From Roseiarcus sp. (GTDB lineage: Bacteria; Pseudomonadota; Alphaproteobacteria; Rhizobiales; Beijerinckiaceae): a stretch of 64,000 nucleotides of DNA. Positions 42,267-51,862 of the stretch are shown here, piece after piece (the first letter of the stretch is position 1; the number at the start of each line of letters is the position of its first letter). The stretch is from assembly GCA_035606915.1 (NCBI GenBank), contig DATNDU010000008.1, positions 12,857 to 76,856 of the forward strand, given 5' to 3'. The notes beneath the pieces are model-generated. The model searched no databases. It worked only from the letters and a program-made list of their open reading frames with translations, and was not told the DNA's origin. Both the position numbers and the translations under genes were made by a program.

Positions 42267-43388
42267 ATGAAGAAACGCTGTGAAATGGCAGGTTCGGCAT
42301 TGCGGTTCGGGGCGGCAAGCCTATTGGCGCTGTGCGTCGTAGCGTCCACCACCGGCGCCCATGCTGACGACGCGGTCGCGGCAGCCAAGGCGGCCGTCGC
42401 GCGCTATGCGGGACCGCAGACCAAGTGGGAAGGGCCCGCCAGCGCTCCCAAGGTCGAAAAGGGAATGAAGGTCGTCTACCTGTCGGGCGACGAACAGAAC
42501 GACATCTCGCACGAATACGGCGAGTACATGAAGCAAGCTGGCGCCAAGATCGGTTGGAATGTTACGGTAATCGACGGGAAGGGCAGTCCGACATCCTGGC
42601 TTGCGGCGTTCAATCAGGCTATTGCGCTGAAACCACAGGGCATTGCGATCTTTGCCGACGCGGCGAGCCTCAAGGATCGGATCGCCGCCGCTAATGCTCA
42701 GGGCATCAGCGTAGTGGGCTTGCATGCCGCAGGGCTTCCCGGCCCAGCGCCCGATCTGGGGCTCTTTGTCAACATCCAAGAGGATCCGCGCCAGATCGGC
42801 GCTGCGCAGGCTGACTGGGCTATCGCACACAGTGATGGCAAGGCAAGAGTGGTCGTGTTGACCCACAACGAATACAAGATTGCGGAAGTGAAATCCGACG
42901 CGACGCGCGACCAGATCTTGAAGTGCACAACCTGCAAGCTGCTCGATTACGCCAATTCACCGGCCTCGGAAGCCGCTCAGCGCATGCCGCAACTGACGAC
43001 GAGTTGGGTGCAACGCTTTGGTGTGCCGCTCTACGTCACCTCGGTCGGTGATAACGATTTCGACTTCGCGGTGCCAGTCCTGCGAACCGGTGGCGTCAAA
43101 AAGACGGATGTGATGTTGATCGGCGCCGACGGAAACCGCTCCGCCTATGACCGCATCCGCAAAGGAGAGTATCAGACGGTCACCGTTTCGGAACCCATCG
43201 AACTTCAATCTTACCAAGCGATCGACGAGTTGAATCGCGCGTTCCACAAGTTGCCGCCAAGCGGCTTCGTTCAGGCTCCCTACCTCGTGACCAAAGAGAA
43301 CGTGGACAAGGAAGGCGGGAGCAAGAACATGTTCGTCCCGTCGAACGACTACAAGGCCCACTATCTGAGCATCTGGGGCGTGAAGTAA
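42267..43388 (+). CDS. Sugar-type (RbsB-like) ABC substrate-binding protein
   Basis: Signal peptide after GGAGG RBS, GWNVTVIDGKG, AIALKPQGI, LIGADG. Confidence 0.88.
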   Translation: MKKRCEMAGSALRFGAASLLALCVVASTTGAHADDAVAAAKAAVARYAGPQTKWEGPASAPKVEKGMKVVYLSGDEQNDISHEYGEYMKQAGAKIGWNVTVIDGKGSPTSWLAAFNQAIALKPQGIAIFADAASLKDRIAAANAQGISVVGLHAAGLPGPAPDLGLFVNIQEDPRQIGAAQADWAIAHSDGKARVVVLTHNEYKIAEVKSDATRDQILKCTTCKLLDYANSPASEAAQRMPQLTTSWVQRFGVPLYVTSVGDNDFDFAVPVLRTGGVKKTDVMLIGADGNRSAYDRIRKGEYQTVTVSEPIELQSYQAIDELNRAFHKLPPSGFVQAPYLVTKENVDKEGGSKNMFVPSNDYKAHYLSIWGVK

Positions 43389-43404
43389 CGCTGCGCGCGT
43401 CGCG

Positions 43405-43429
43405 AGGCGCTGCCCATGAGGCAGCGCCT
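43405..43429 (+). other. Intergenic stem-loop after the substrate-binding protein gene
   Basis: aggcgctgcc-catga-ggcagcgcct perfect 10-bp stem; could be an mRNA-stabilising hairpin. Confidence 0.45.
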
Positions 43430-43492
43430 TGAAACCAACCCCGGCACGGGTAGACAAGACGCCTCACCGGGCCTGAAGCGGAGCACCGCGCC

Positions 43493-45019
43493 ATGAAACA
43501 AACGTCTCGAACGGGCCCCTCGGGCGACACTACAGTCCTTTCGATTGCTCATCTCTCCAAGGCGTTCACTGGAACGCTTGCACTGGACAAGGTCGACTTC
43601 GACCTGAAAGGCGGGGAAATCCATGCCCTGCTTGGCCAGAACGGGGCCGGAAAATCGACCCTAATCAAGGTTCTTGCCGGCGTTTATAAGCCCGACTCCG
43701 GCGACATCTATCTGCACGGAGCCCGGGTGCGCCCGTCCGTTGACAAGCTGCCGATCAACTTCATTCATCAGGATCTCGGCCTGGTCGACACGATGAGCGT
43801 CGCCGAGAACGTTGGCATTGTCACCGGCTACGCGCGACGCGGCGGATTAATCGACTGGCGCGAAACCTATCGCGCCGCAGGACGCGCGCTTCAATCTATG
43901 GGCTGCGACATCGACCCCGACACCCCGACGCAGGCGCTGACGTCAGCGGAAAAATCCATTGTCGCCATCGCGCGCGCACTTACGACGAAATGCAGCATTC
44001 TCGTGCTCGATGAACCAACCGCTGCGCTACCCGAGGCGGATGTCGGGCGGCTTTTTGCGGCGTTGGAGCATTTGCGGGGACGCGGGCTAGGGATCATCTA
44101 TGTCTCACACAGGCTGGACGAAGTCTTCCGCCTGGCCGACCGCGTCACCGTACTGCGTGATGGGCGCAAGATCGCCACCACCTGCGTCGAGTCGACGGCG
44201 CCCGACGGTTTGGTTGCAATGATCGTAGGCCATGACCTGCTCGAATCCCAACTCGCCGATCTCCGGCAGGGTGAAACTCCTGCGCTTGTCGTCGACAAGC
44301 TCCGATCCGGCTCCGTCGGGCCGGTTTCTTTTTCGGTTCTTCCCGGCGAAACGCTGGGGTTGGTCGGATTGCGCGGCGCCGGGCACGACATAGTTGCACG
44401 CGCGCTCTTCGGCGACAGACCGATTGACGCAGGCGCGATCACGCTGCACGGAAGCGAGCTTTCACCCCGCACGCCAGAGCAGGCGATGGCGGCAGGCATC
44501 GGCTTCATCTCCAGCAAACGCGGCGAGGAAAGCATGGCCGCCGCCCTGAGCGTTCGGGAAAACCTCTATCTCAATCCGACGCTGACCGGAGCCAAATTGA
44601 CCCACTGGATAGGAGTCGCTGCCGAGCGGCAGCGCTGCTTGGATGTTCTGGCGCAGTATTCGGTGCGCCCGCGGGATCCCGATCGCCCTATTGCCACACT
44701 GAGTGGCGGCAACCAGCAGAAGGTAGTTGTTGCACGCTGGTTAGAGGGAACGGTGCGGCTTTTGGTTCTCGAAGAGCCAACGACGGGGGTCGATGTCGGC
44801 TCAAAAGCTGAGATCTACGCGCTAATGCGACAATCGCAGGCTAATGGCCTTGCCGTACTGCTGGTGTCGAGCGACTTCGAGGAGGTGGCCACGGTGTGTC
44901 ACCGCGCAATCGTTTTCGATCGCGGCCATGCCGTAGCTGAAATCCCCCGAACCGAACTCACTGTTTCGCGTCTGACCGCACTCGCGTCAGGTGGCGACGA
45001 TGTGGAGAGCGCCGCATGA
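43493..45019 (+). CDS. Sugar ABC transporter ATP-binding protein (RbsA-like, two NBDs)
   Basis: GQNGAGKST, LDEPTAAL, VSHRLDEV, LSGGNQQKVV, EEPTTGVDVG. Confidence 0.93.
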   Translation: MKQTSRTGPSGDTTVLSIAHLSKAFTGTLALDKVDFDLKGGEIHALLGQNGAGKSTLIKVLAGVYKPDSGDIYLHGARVRPSVDKLPINFIHQDLGLVDTMSVAENVGIVTGYARRGGLIDWRETYRAAGRALQSMGCDIDPDTPTQALTSAEKSIVAIARALTTKCSILVLDEPTAALPEADVGRLFAALEHLRGRGLGIIYVSHRLDEVFRLADRVTVLRDGRKIATTCVESTAPDGLVAMIVGHDLLESQLADLRQGETPALVVDKLRSGSVGPVSFSVLPGETLGLVGLRGAGHDIVARALFGDRPIDAGAITLHGSELSPRTPEQAMAAGIGFISSKRGEESMAAALSVRENLYLNPTLTGAKLTHWIGVAAERQRCLDVLAQYSVRPRDPDRPIATLSGGNQQKVVVARWLEGTVRLLVLEEPTTGVDVGSKAEIYALMRQSQANGLAVLLVSSDFEEVATVCHRAIVFDRGHAVAEIPRTELTVSRLTALASGGDDVESAA

Positions 45020-46071
45020 GCTTCAATAGCCGCCCGCGATCAAACATTGCCGGGCGCGTCACCCGATTTGTGTCCGTTTGGGGATTGTTGGTCGTACTGG
45101 TGGCGCTGATCCTGCTCTTTTCGGTCCTCAAGCCCGATACCTTCCCGACCTATTTCAATTTTCAGGCTATTGTCGGGAGTAAATCGATTCAGGCGATCGT
45201 AGCTTTGGCCATCATGATCCCAATGGCGGCCAATCGCTTTGACCTATCGGTCGCCTTCGTTCTCGGGATCAGCCAGGTTCTGGCGATTGGACTTCAAGGC
45301 CTGGGACTTGCTTGGCCGCTTGTTGTCGTGCTGATCCTCGCACTCGGGGCTCTGGTTGGATTTATCAACGGTATTTTGGTGACGGTGGTTGGCATTGACA
45401 GCTTCATCGCGACTTTGGGGACGGGGACGGTCCTTCTTGGATTTAATCAATGGTACACCGGAGGGCAACAGGTGCTTGCCAATCTACCCGAGTCCTTCAT
45501 TGCATTGTCTGCGGTCGTGGGTGGCGTTCCAATGCCCGCGGTCTATGTGTTCGTGATCGCGGTTGTGCTGTGGGTTGTCCTCGAATATCTGCCGGTCGGT
45601 CGTTTCGTCTACGTCCTCGGAATCAATCCGCGCGCCGCGCAACTGAACGGGATCTCGGAGCGAAAGTACGTCACCGGCGCGCTTATCGCCTCGGGGACGT
45701 TGTCGGCATGGGCCGGGATCGTGCTTGAGTCGCAGCTTCAGGTCGGACAAAGCTCGGTTGGAATGGAGTATCTTCTGCCCGCGTTCACAGCAGCTCTGCT
45801 TGGCGCGACGACCATAAAACCGGGACGGGTCAACGTATGGGGAACCGTGCTTGCGGTGGCGGTTTTGGCGGTGACGGTCGCCGGCCTCAACCAACTCGGC
45901 GCTCCGTTTTTCGTCGAGTCTTTGTTCAACGGCGCGACCCTTATTATTGCGGTCGGCCTCGCAGTGACGGCGAGCAAACGCCAGGTCAGGGCGGGGTCAG
46001 CCGCCGACGCGGCAGCCAGGGCAGGCGGGCCTGCCAACGCAGCTATGAGTGAGGAAGGCATATCCAAATGA
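45016..46071 (+). CDS. Sugar ABC transporter permease (RbsC-like)
   Basis: FDLSVA, GIDSFIATLG, GRFVYVLGINPRAAQLNGI, AALLGAT. Confidence 0.92.
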   Translation: MSFNSRPRSNIAGRVTRFVSVWGLLVVLVALILLFSVLKPDTFPTYFNFQAIVGSKSIQAIVALAIMIPMAANRFDLSVAFVLGISQVLAIGLQGLGLAWPLVVVLILALGALVGFINGILVTVVGIDSFIATLGTGTVLLGFNQWYTGGQQVLANLPESFIALSAVVGGVPMPAVYVFVIAVVLWVVLEYLPVGRFVYVLGINPRAAQLNGISERKYVTGALIASGTLSAWAGIVLESQLQVGQSSVGMEYLLPAFTAALLGATTIKPGRVNVWGTVLAVAVLAVTVAGLNQLGAPFFVESLFNGATLIIAVGLAVTASKRQVRAGSAADAAARAGGPANAAMSEEGISK

Positions 46072-47027
46072 GTGATGCAAACGAGGTCAAACCCGGCGGC
46101 GATAATAGCCCGGCTCTGGCCCAGGATTGGACACGCTCGCGCTGGGGCGAGGACGATCAACGCGGCAATGGCAATTTGCAGGGCCCGGCCAAAGTGCTTC
46201 AAGCGCTTGCGCTGGTGCGCAGTGGAGAGATCATCTCGCTTGGCCATCGCTATGACGCGCATATTCCTCTCGCCCCCGGGCGGCTGTTTGGGCTGCGCAT
46301 GCCGGGCGGCCCGACCGGCGGCCCCTATGGCGCCCGCAGCCGCACCGTCTGGAACGACGAGTTCCTGACCACCGAGATTGGTCAGATTGGCACCCACATG
46401 GATGCGCTCGGCCATCTCGGTCGTCAGGTTGGCGCGGCGTCGGATCACGCGAGCACTTTGTTTTACAACGGTACGCCGCTGTCCGACATTTGGTCGCCCT
46501 ACGGATTACGCCGGCTCGGCATCGAGAATGCGCCCGTCTTCTTTACGCGCGGAATTCTGCTTGATGTCCAGGGGCTCAAGGGTCGGGTGCTCGACCCCGG
46601 AGAAGAGATCACCGTTGCCGACCTGCGCGCCTGCCTTGAGCGACAATGCCTGACTGAGGCCGCCTTCACTCCGGGCGACGCCATCCTGGTACGCACCGGG
46701 CACGGTAGCCGTTTCCACACAGAGGCGGCAACGTTCTATGATGGTGCGCCCGGGCTCGGACTTGCCGCGGCAGAATGGCTGGCTCCGTTTGAACCCTCGG
46801 TGGTCGGCGCCGACAACTTTGCTGTCGATGTGGTGCCGCCGATCGATGCGGAAGTATTCCATCCCTGCCATCAGCATCTTATCATGCAGCATGGGATTCA
46901 CCTGCACGAAGGCATGGCGCTCGACGAAATTGCCGCGACGGGGCGCAGCGAATTCGCTTATGTTTTTGCCCCTCTGCAGATCGTTGGCGCGACGGGCTCT
47001 CCGGGAACGCCGCTCGCAATTCTCTGA
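46068..47027 (+). CDS. Cyclase-family (kynurenine formamidase/isatin hydrolase-like) metal-dependent hydrolase
   Basis: RWGEDDQRG, QIGTHMDALGH, GDAILVRTG, VGADN, HLHE, GATGSP. Confidence 0.88.
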   Translation: MSDANEVKPGGDNSPALAQDWTRSRWGEDDQRGNGNLQGPAKVLQALALVRSGEIISLGHRYDAHIPLAPGRLFGLRMPGGPTGGPYGARSRTVWNDEFLTTEIGQIGTHMDALGHLGRQVGAASDHASTLFYNGTPLSDIWSPYGLRRLGIENAPVFFTRGILLDVQGLKGRVLDPGEEITVADLRACLERQCLTEAAFTPGDAILVRTGHGSRFHTEAATFYDGAPGLGLAAAEWLAPFEPSVVGADNFAVDVVPPIDAEVFHPCHQHLIMQHGIHLHEGMALDEIAATGRSEFAYVFAPLQIVGATGSPGTPLAIL

Positions 47028-47142
47028 TCTTAGCCTCGACGATAGGCCACGTTAGGCGTCTGTCAGGCAGCCACTCGTCAACCGAGGGTGGAAGCAGATA
47101 CCTCTGTCTCTCGGTCGATTGTACGAAAATTGTCCATGCGAA

Positions 47143-47179
47143 CCGCTTCAGCTAGTTGGTGCAATCTAGCGTGAAGCGG
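47143..47179. other. Strong hairpin between the convergent cyclase and recG genes (possible terminator or element end)
   Basis: ccgcttcagctagttg / caatctagcgtgaagcgg imperfect inverted repeat. Confidence 0.5.
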
Positions 47180-47266
47180 CTGTGCGGTCTTCGGATCGAC
47201 CAATCACGCGCTCTCGACTATGACCTCAACCTGCTCTCCAAGCTTAAATTCGCGCCGTTGGCTGTC

Positions 47267-49375
47267 CTACCCCGCCTCCATCAACTTCACCGCTGCGTCG
47301 CGCTCGAACAGCCACAGCAACAGCCGCAGCGGCCGGTTCGCCCCCTGAGCCAGCCTTTCGTCCTCGCCGACGATGGCCTCAGCCGCCGCGCGCGCCGCGC
47401 GCAACAAGTCGCCGTGCAGTTCGGCGCGGGCGACGCGAAAACCCGGCGCGCCGGCCTGCCGGGCGCCGAGCACATCGCCCTCGCCGCGCAGCCTCAGATC
47501 CTCTTCGGCGATGCGGAAGCCGTCCTCGGTCTCGCGCAAAATCTCCAGCCGCGCCCGTCCGGCGAGGCCAAGCGGCCCCTTGTAGAGCAACAGGCAAGTC
47601 GAGCGCCCGGCGCCGCGGCCGACGCGGCCGCGCAACTGGTGAAGCTGAGCGAGGCCGAAGCGCTCGGCGTGCTCGATCACCATGATCGTCGCCTCCGGCA
47701 CGTCGACGCCGACCTCGATGACGGTGGTGGCGACCAGCACCTGGGTGTCGCCGCGCTGAAAGCTCTCCATCGCCGCGTCTTTCTCCGGCCCCTTCATGCG
47801 CCCGTGAACGAGGCCGACGCTGGCGCCGAAGAATTCGCGCAGACGCTCGGCGCGCGCCTCGGCCGCCGCCAGATCGACCTCCTCGCTGTCCTCAACCAGC
47901 GGGCAGACCCAATAGGCGCGTGCGCCGCCCGCCGTCGCCCGGCCGATGGCGGCCACCACTTCCTCCAGCCGCTCCAGCGGCAACACGCGCGTGGCAATCG
48001 GCGCGCGTCCCGGCGGCTTCTCGTCGAGCACCGAGACGTCCATGTCGCCGAAATAGGTCAGCGCCAGCGATCGCGGAATCGGCGTCGCGGTCATCACCAA
48101 CAGATCGGCGGCCTCGCCCTTGCCCGACAGCGCCAATCGCTGATGCACGCCGAAACGGTGCTGCTCGTCGACCACGGCGAGGCCGAGATCGCGGAAGACG
48201 GCGCTCTCCTGGAACAGCGCGTGGGTGCCGATGGCGATGTCGATCTCGCCGGCCGCCAGCCGGCCGAGCTTGTCGCGCCGCTGCGCCTGCGTATCGCGCC
48301 CGGTGAACAGTTCCAGCCGCAGGCCGGCGGCGGCGGCCAGCGGCGTCATGCGCTCGATGTGCTGGCGGGCGAGGATTTCCGTCGGCGCCATCATCGCCGC
48401 CTGCCGCCCGGCCTCGACCGCGTGACACATGGCGATCAACGCAACGATGGTTTTCCCCGAGCCGACATCGCCCTGAAGCAGCCGGATCATGCGCCTGGGG
48501 GCTGCGAGATCGGCGCCGATCTCGGCGATGGCGCGCGCCTGCGCCCCGGTCAGCGCATAGGGCAGCGCCGCCAGCACGCGCTGCGCCAATCGTCCCTGGC
48601 TCGGGCTTTGCCGCCCCGTCGCCACGCGCTGGCGCGCGCGCACCATCAGCAACGCCAGTTGGTTGGCCAGCAGTTCGTCGTAGGCGAGGCGGCGCCAGGC
48701 GGCGCTCGTCGGTTCGACGTCGCCCGGCGTCTCCGGCGCATGCAGCCGGCGCAGCGCCGCCGCGAAACTGAGACCCTCGAAGCCAAGGCTCTTTAAGCCC
48801 CCCGGCGCCGGCTCGGCGATCCACTCCGGCAGCGCCGGCAGACGGGCGAGCGCCGTCTGCGCGGCTTTCTGCACGGTGCGCGAATAGAGCCCCTCGGTCA
48901 GGCCATAGACGGGCTCGACCGACGCCATGCGGGCAAGCTCGGCCTCATCCATCACCCGGTCGGGATGCACCATCTGCAAGTGCCCGTCCCACAATTCGAG
49001 CTTGCCGGAGACCCAGCGCACGGCGCCGAGCGGCAGCTTTTGCCGCACCCATTCGAAATTGTTGAGGAAGAACACCAGTTCGACATCGCCGGTATCGTCC
49101 TCGACCAGCACGCGCAGCGGCCCCTTGCGGCCGGGCGCCGGCGGGCGGTGCTCGGTGACGCGCACATGCAGGGTCGCGATGGCGTCGACCTCGGCATCGC
49201 GAATTTTCGGCCGGGCGCGGCGGTCGAGCGCGCCGACGGGCAGATGGAACAACAAGTCGAGCGCCCGCGCCTCGGCGCGCCCGAGCAGGCGGTCGAAGGC
49301 GCGGGCGTGCTTCGGGCCGACGCCGGGCAGCGCGCTCAACGGCGCGAACAAGGGATCAAGCAGCGCGGGACGCAT
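47267..49375 (-). CDS. recG: ATP-dependent DNA helicase RecG
   Basis: QGDVGSGKT, APTEILARQH, VVDEQHRFGV, MTATPIPRSL, QLHQLRGRVGRG, EDGFRIAEEDLRLRG. Confidence 0.97.
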   Translation of the reverse strand: MRPALLDPLFAPLSALPGVGPKHARAFDRLLGRAEARALDLLFHLPVGALDRRARPKIRDAEVDAIATLHVRVTEHRPPAPGRKGPLRVLVEDDTGDVELVFFLNNFEWVRQKLPLGAVRWVSGKLELWDGHLQMVHPDRVMDEAELARMASVEPVYGLTEGLYSRTVQKAAQTALARLPALPEWIAEPAPGGLKSLGFEGLSFAAALRRLHAPETPGDVEPTSAAWRRLAYDELLANQLALLMVRARQRVATGRQSPSQGRLAQRVLAALPYALTGAQARAIAEIGADLAAPRRMIRLLQGDVGSGKTIVALIAMCHAVEAGRQAAMMAPTEILARQHIERMTPLAAAAGLRLELFTGRDTQAQRRDKLGRLAAGEIDIAIGTHALFQESAVFRDLGLAVVDEQHRFGVHQRLALSGKGEAADLLVMTATPIPRSLALTYFGDMDVSVLDEKPPGRAPIATRVLPLERLEEVVAAIGRATAGGARAYWVCPLVEDSEEVDLAAAEARAERLREFFGASVGLVHGRMKGPEKDAAMESFQRGDTQVLVATTVIEVGVDVPEATIMVIEHAERFGLAQLHQLRGRVGRGAGRSTCLLLYKGPLGLAGRARLEILRETEDGFRIAEEDLRLRGEGDVLGARQAGAPGFRVARAELHGDLLRAARAAAEAIVGEDERLAQGANRPLRLLLWLFERDAAVKLMEAG

Positions 49376-49472
49376 GGCGGCGAGCCTATCACGGCCGCTC
49401 GCTGCTTCCGAACGCCGCCGCAACCTTGCCTAAACTTGATCCGTGGGCGCCGGAACGGCGAGCAAGATTAAC

Positions 49473-50336
49473 TCAGGCGCGCCGCGACCAGCGCCACAGC
49501 GCCCATTGCCGCCGCCAGGCGGCGACCTCGACCGGGGTCACGAAGCTTTGCGCGACATGGCGCTCCGCCGACGCGAGCCATAAAGGCGCCGTAGCCAAGC
49601 CCGCGTAAGCCGGCGCCAGCGCCGGCGAAAGCCCGGCGCGCTCGCGCTCCGCCTCGCCGAGCCGGCGCTGCGCCAGCGCCATCAACTCGCGCAACACCGC
49701 CGCCAGTTCCGGCGTCATCCGACGCTCGCGAAAGTCCTGTGGCGCCGCATGGCGCGCGCCGAGCAGGTCACTTGGGGCGAGCAGCGGCGGACGCGGCCCC
49801 GACAGGCTGGTCAACCAGTCGATCAGTCCGAGCGCCACGCCGGCGAGCCCGCTGGCCTGCGCCGCGCCGAGATCGCGGCCTTCGCTCAAAGCCAGCGCGG
49901 CGATCTGAATGAGACCGGAGCGCGTCTCGCCGAGATAGGCTTCAAGGTCGACTACCGCTGGAAAGGGATCGTCGTAGAAGTCGAACTGCCGCCCGGCGAT
50001 GGCGTTGATGATGAGATGCGGCGGCGGACAGGCCTGCGCCAAGGTGTCGAGCATGGCGGCGGCGACCGGGTTCGCCAGCGCCTCGCCGCCGCGCTCGCCG
50101 GTCAGCGCCTCGCGCCACCAGGCCAGGCGGATCTCGCCCGCCCGCGGATCGCGCACGCTGGGACGCAACCGCGCCATCTCCAGTTCAAAAGCGATCAGCG
50201 CGTGCAGATGGCGGCGGCGCGGCGGCGGGGCGAACAGCGCCCCGAGCCAGCGATCCCGCGCGCCGGCGCGCGCCTGCGTCTCACAATAAGCGTAAGCCGC
50301 TGCAAGACCCGCCGCGCCGGCCTGATCGAGGCTCAC
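49473..50336 (-). CDS. Squalene/phytoene-synthase-fold protein (NDUFAF6-like)
   Basis: LHALIAFELEMAR, GEIRLAWWRE, DLEAY. GTG start overlaps the Mth938-like gene; conserved position after secF. Confidence 0.8.
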   Translation of the reverse strand: MSLDQAGAAGLAAAYAYCETQARAGARDRWLGALFAPPPRRRHLHALIAFELEMARLRPSVRDPRAGEIRLAWWREALTGERGGEALANPVAAAMLDTLAQACPPPHLIINAIAGRQFDFYDDPFPAVVDLEAYLGETRSGLIQIAALALSEGRDLGAAQASGLAGVALGLIDWLTSLSGPRPPLLAPSDLLGARHAAPQDFRERRMTPELAAVLRELMALAQRRLGEAERERAGLSPALAPAYAGLATAPLWLASAERHVAQSFVTPVEVAAWRRQWALWRWSRRA

Positions 50337-50716
50337 GGGGCGGCCAGCAGCAGCGCCGCGACGCGGCGATTCTCCCCCAACAGCACGTTGTAAATGCGCG
50401 CCGCCGGCCCCGTCGCCATCACTTCGAGCCGCAGGCCCGCGCCGCGCAGCCTCGTCGCCAGCGGCGCCGGCAGCCGCGCCATCTTCTCGCCGAGGCCGAT
50501 CACCAGCAGTTCGGTCGAGCCGGGGTTTGCCGCGAGTTCGGCCAGCAGCGGGCCGAAGCTCTCCACCCGCAATTCCAAGACGTCGCGCGCGGCGACGGCG
50601 TGGACGCCGCCGGAGGTCGCCAGGATCGAGCCGACATGGCTCATCCCGGCGAAGCGGAAGCCGCCGGCGCCATAAGCGTCGATGGCGTGCCGGCCGGGGA
50701 CGAAGCCGTCGCTCAC
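50333..50716 (-). CDS. Mth938-like domain protein (NDUFAF3-like)
   Basis: IDAYGAGGFRFAG, ELLVIGLG, EVMATGPAARIYNVLLGENRRVAALL. Confidence 0.88.
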   Translation of the reverse strand: MSDGFVPGRHAIDAYGAGGFRFAGMSHVGSILATSGGVHAVAARDVLELRVESFGPLLAELAANPGSTELLVIGLGEKMARLPAPLATRLRGAGLRLEVMATGPAARIYNVLLGENRRVAALLLAAP

Positions 50717-51669
50717 GCCGGCGCTTTGGCGGCGACATTGGCCGCCTTGGCGGCGTCGCCCGGCCTGTCGAAGGCATCGGTGCGCACGCCCATGTAGATC
50801 AGCATCGGCGAGCAGATGAACACCGAGGAATAGGTGGCGACGCAGATGCCCCAGATCATCGCCGCGGAGAACGAGCGGATGACGTCGCCGCCAAGGAAGA
50901 ACAGCGCCAGCAGCGCCAGAAACACCGTCGTCGCGGTCATGATCGTGCGCGGCAGCACGGCGTTGATCGACATGTCGATGATCTCGGGCGTCGACAGCTT
51001 CTTGTACTTGCGCATCACCTCGCGGATACGATCGAGCACGACGACGGTCTCGTTAAGGGAATAGCCGACAATGGTGAGGATCGCGGCGATCGAGGTCTGG
51101 TTGAATTCAATCTGCGTGAAGGCGAAGAAGCCGACCGTCAGCAGCAGATCGTGCATCGTGCCGATGATGGCGCCGACCGCGAACTGCCATTCGAAGCGGA
51201 ACCACAGATAGGTCAGCACCGCCAGGATGGCGATGACGACGCCGAGCGTGCCGGATTGCACGAGTTCGCCCGAGACGCGCGGCCCGACCGCCTCGACGCT
51301 GCGGAAGTCGTACTCCTTCTCGAAGGCGCCGCGCAGCTTCTTGACCGCCAGCGACTGCTTGGCCTCGCCGCCCGGTTGCACCTGGACGCGCAGCGTCACA
51401 TCGGACTCGGCGCCGATGCGCTGCGCCTCGACCGGCCCGAGGCCGAGACTATCGGCTTTGGTGCGCAACGCCGCGATATCGGCCTTGCCGGAATGGGCGC
51501 GCAACTCGACCTGCGTGCCGCCGGCGAAGTCGATGCCGTAGTTCATGCCGACGCTGAGGAACAGCACGACGGCGAAGATCGAGAGCACCGCCGACAGCGG
51601 ATAACTCACGCGGCGGAACCGCATGAAGCTGATCTTGGTGTTCTCGGGCGCGAGACGAAGCAGTTTCAT
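50713..51669 (-). CDS. secF: Protein translocase subunit SecF
   Basis: GMNYGIDFAGG, VGPRVSGEL, HDLLLTVG, GYSLNETVVVLDRIRE, TYSSVF. ATG 51669. Confidence 0.96.
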   Translation of the reverse strand: MKLLRLAPENTKISFMRFRRVSYPLSAVLSIFAVVLFLSVGMNYGIDFAGGTQVELRAHSGKADIAALRTKADSLGLGPVEAQRIGAESDVTLRVQVQPGGEAKQSLAVKKLRGAFEKEYDFRSVEAVGPRVSGELVQSGTLGVVIAILAVLTYLWFRFEWQFAVGAIIGTMHDLLLTVGFFAFTQIEFNQTSIAAILTIVGYSLNETVVVLDRIREVMRKYKKLSTPEIIDMSINAVLPRTIMTATTVFLALLALFFLGGDVIRSFSAAMIWGICVATYSSVFICSPMLIYMGVRTDAFDRPGDAAKAANVAAKAPA

Positions 51670-51697
51670 TTTGCGCGATCCAGCGAAAGGCGAAGCG

Positions 51698-51840
51698 CCG
51701 TCATGCCCGGGCTTATCCCGGGCATCCACGTCGGCGGGAGCAGCAACATTTGGAGCTTGGCCGCCGCAAGTCGCGCCTCTTCTGACGACGCCCGTTGCGC
51801 GCAACGGCGTAGATGGCGGGGACAAGCCCGGCCAAGACGG
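51698..51840. repeat. REP/MITE-like palindromic element between secD and secF
   Basis: 33-bp imperfect inverted arms ccgtcatgcccgggcttatcccgggcatccacg (51698-51730) and cgtagatggcggggacaagcccggccaagacgg (51808-51840); resembles the GTCATG-CCGGGC repeats common in Hyphomicrobiales. Confidence 0.75.
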
Positions 51841-51862
51841 AGAAGGCGGCCGCTAACTATCC

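Larger units (their letters stand above)
19616..47266. mobile_element. Putative genomic island of catabolic and transport modules downstream of tRNA-Val
   Basis: Starts at the tRNA 3' end and ends at the recG stop. Only accessory genes, an IS scar, and visibly more A/T-rich codons (especially 40-47 kb). No integrase or attR seen. Confidence 0.6.

Noticed and set aside
47028-47266. attR copy of the tRNA-Val 3' end
   Set aside because: No match to tcgcccacca or the T arm found by eye here or at module junctions.
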